A stretch of DNA of 63,709 nt, counting the filler, from Parasitella parasitica NRRL 2501 (lineage: Eukaryota > Fungi > Mucoromycota), in NCBI GenBank assembly GCA_025201805.1. It is 10 parts of 10 records of this genome, joined end to end, with 100 filler letters (N's around TTAATTAATTAA, not from the genome) between each part and the next. Parts side by side here need not be neighbours in the genome. Positions count along the whole stretch, not along the records: positions 62,438 to 63,709 come from MU619653.1; 9 more parts are not named here. The stretch is one strand, 5' to 3'. The number at the start of each line of letters is the position of its first letter. The stretch's first letter is position 1. The notes beneath the pieces were generated by a model. That model made no database searches, was not told the origin of the DNA, and saw only the letters and a list, made by a program, of their open reading frames with translations. This document shows positions 62,338-63,709 of this stretch, piece by piece. The translations under genes and the position numbers were made by a program.

Positions 62338-62437
62338 NNNNNNNNNNNNNNNNNNNNNNNNNNNNNNNNNNNNNNNNNNNNTTAATTAATTAANNNNNNN
62401 NNNNNNNNNNNNNNNNNNNNNNNNNNNNNNNNNNNNN

Positions 62438-63709
62438 ACATGGTATGGCTCAGTACTACTAGCGCATACATATAAAGTGGTATAATAATATTATCATTTT
62501 GAGTTGAGAATGCCTCTAATAAAGCCGTTAGCGTAATGACAACCGAGTAATTCAGCCATTCACCTCGGCCAGCCGAAGCAACATATCGAGAAGCACCATC
62601 AATGCCAACTAATGCTGAGCTGTACACAATGACTATCGAACTCAAGAATACCGCAACAATGAATGCCATTGTTCCTTCCACCGTTTTTTTGGTCCCTGGC
62701 CACCGGTAGCGCCCAAATCGTTTGCCAATGATAGATGCCGCAGCATCACCAAAGCCTAAAGACAAAATGCCTGATAAGCTAGCTAGTACATTGGAGCTAG
62801 ATTCAAGCCATGAGGTTAGTATAAAAAAAAAAGAGAGATCGGTTATCAATTGTGATTTTCGGTTACCTTCCAAGCCATACTGGGCTCGCACAGCCTAATA
62901 GCAAGTAAATATGGCTCAAAATGACAGGGCCCAAATCACGATTGTCAATGAACTCTGTCAGAAACACATGCAGACTCTTCCCCCAAGGCCACACAGCAAA
63001 GTATCGCAAATATTCCAGATAAATAAAGCCAGATAAAGCGACGCCAAAGGCCAATTGAAGGAATGATTTCTAGCCGTCGTGCAGCAGCAGAGTTAGTCGA
63101 TGCAGCAGCGGGACATTCACAAAACTCACCTCAAACAGGACGCCTGGCACAAACATGATCACTGCCAACGCGTGGAATAGCTTTCGCTTCTTGTTCAGTG
63201 CGCTCGTCAAGGCTTTCCCCTCTGCACTGTTCGAATACAGCTCGCCGCCGCTTGCAGACTGAGGAACAAAGTCCAAAACAAGCACCCAAATCACTACCGT
63301 TGTAATGACAGTCAAGGACCAATACAAGCAGAGAAACATGCGTGAGGGAGACATGTACAAAAAGTCGAGCGTCCACATGAATGGGTTTTCGCCAGTGATG
63401 GCTTGGCAGATGGGAGCAATGACAAAGAAGACAATGATGCAGGTCAATACGTAAAACGTGATTGCAACCAGCATCTTTTTGTTGTGGAAAATGGATTGAT
63501 TCTGAGAGGGCAGCGAGCGCCAATAGGGCCTCTGAGCCAAACGACGGGAATAGCGTAAAAGCGGGTATGTAATGACGCCTATGAATATCATGCCCACCAC
63601 TAGTGCATGAATCAGAACCATATTGGTCGAAATGTCGCTGTAGTTTAAATAGACCGGCGTTGTATCAGAGTAATACTAAGATGATGATCAGGAATTTAAG
63701 TTACTAGAC
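62438..63709 (-). CDS. SEC59: Dolichol kinase (Sec59-like), partial at both ends, multi-exon
   Basis: KRKLFH, FIDNRDLGPVILSHIYLLLGCASPVWL, GFGDAAASIIGKRFGRYRWPGTKKTVEG, QNDNIIIP. Confidence 0.93.

Noticed and set aside
15752-62437. Repeated TTAATTAATTAA palindrome as a biological motif, and gene clusters spanning it
   Set aside because: Always centred in 100-bp N blocks; an artificial contig joiner, so cross-spacer neighbourhoods are not real.
1-63709. CRISPR arrays, rRNA, telomeric repeats or prokaryotic operons
   Set aside because: None seen; the short repeats are irregular subterminal motifs without spacers.

Overview
AT-rich, intron-rich eukaryotic genomic DNA, most consistent with a Mucorales fungus (inferred from short 50-120 nt introns, gene set and TE families; species not determinable). 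The window is not contiguous: nine artificial 100-bp spacers (44N-TTAATTAATTAA-44N) join ten contigs/scaffolds, so adjacency across spacers is meaningless. Segment 1-15751 is almost all nested transposon relics: L1-like LINEs, a Helitron helicase, solo LTRs of three families, and a CACTA-like element with two divergent genes, plus a gapped Ala/Pro/Ser/Val/Arg-repeat ORF. Segment 15852-35056 is euchromatic: tRNA-Ile(AAU), VIP1/PPIP5K, RPS5, OSBP (Osh6/7-like), a tyrosine-recombinase relic, NiCoT nickel permease, ML-domain protein and a bHLH-ZIP factor. Segment 35157-46777 holds an APSES (StuA-like) factor, PEP carboxykinase, a calmodulin-like gene and TE relics. Segment 46878-62337 is small TE-only contigs (solo LTRs with TSDs, Helitron, Ty3/gypsy, CACTA-like, Tc1/mariner, LINE), and 62438-63709 is a partial dolichol kinase gene. 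The most notable pattern is a set of CACTA-like ends with variant CACCA(T/C)GGC termini, each with its own subterminal repeat motif; one carries a divergent two-gene unit and possible small secreted-peptide cargo. All calls are by eye; no database searches were run.
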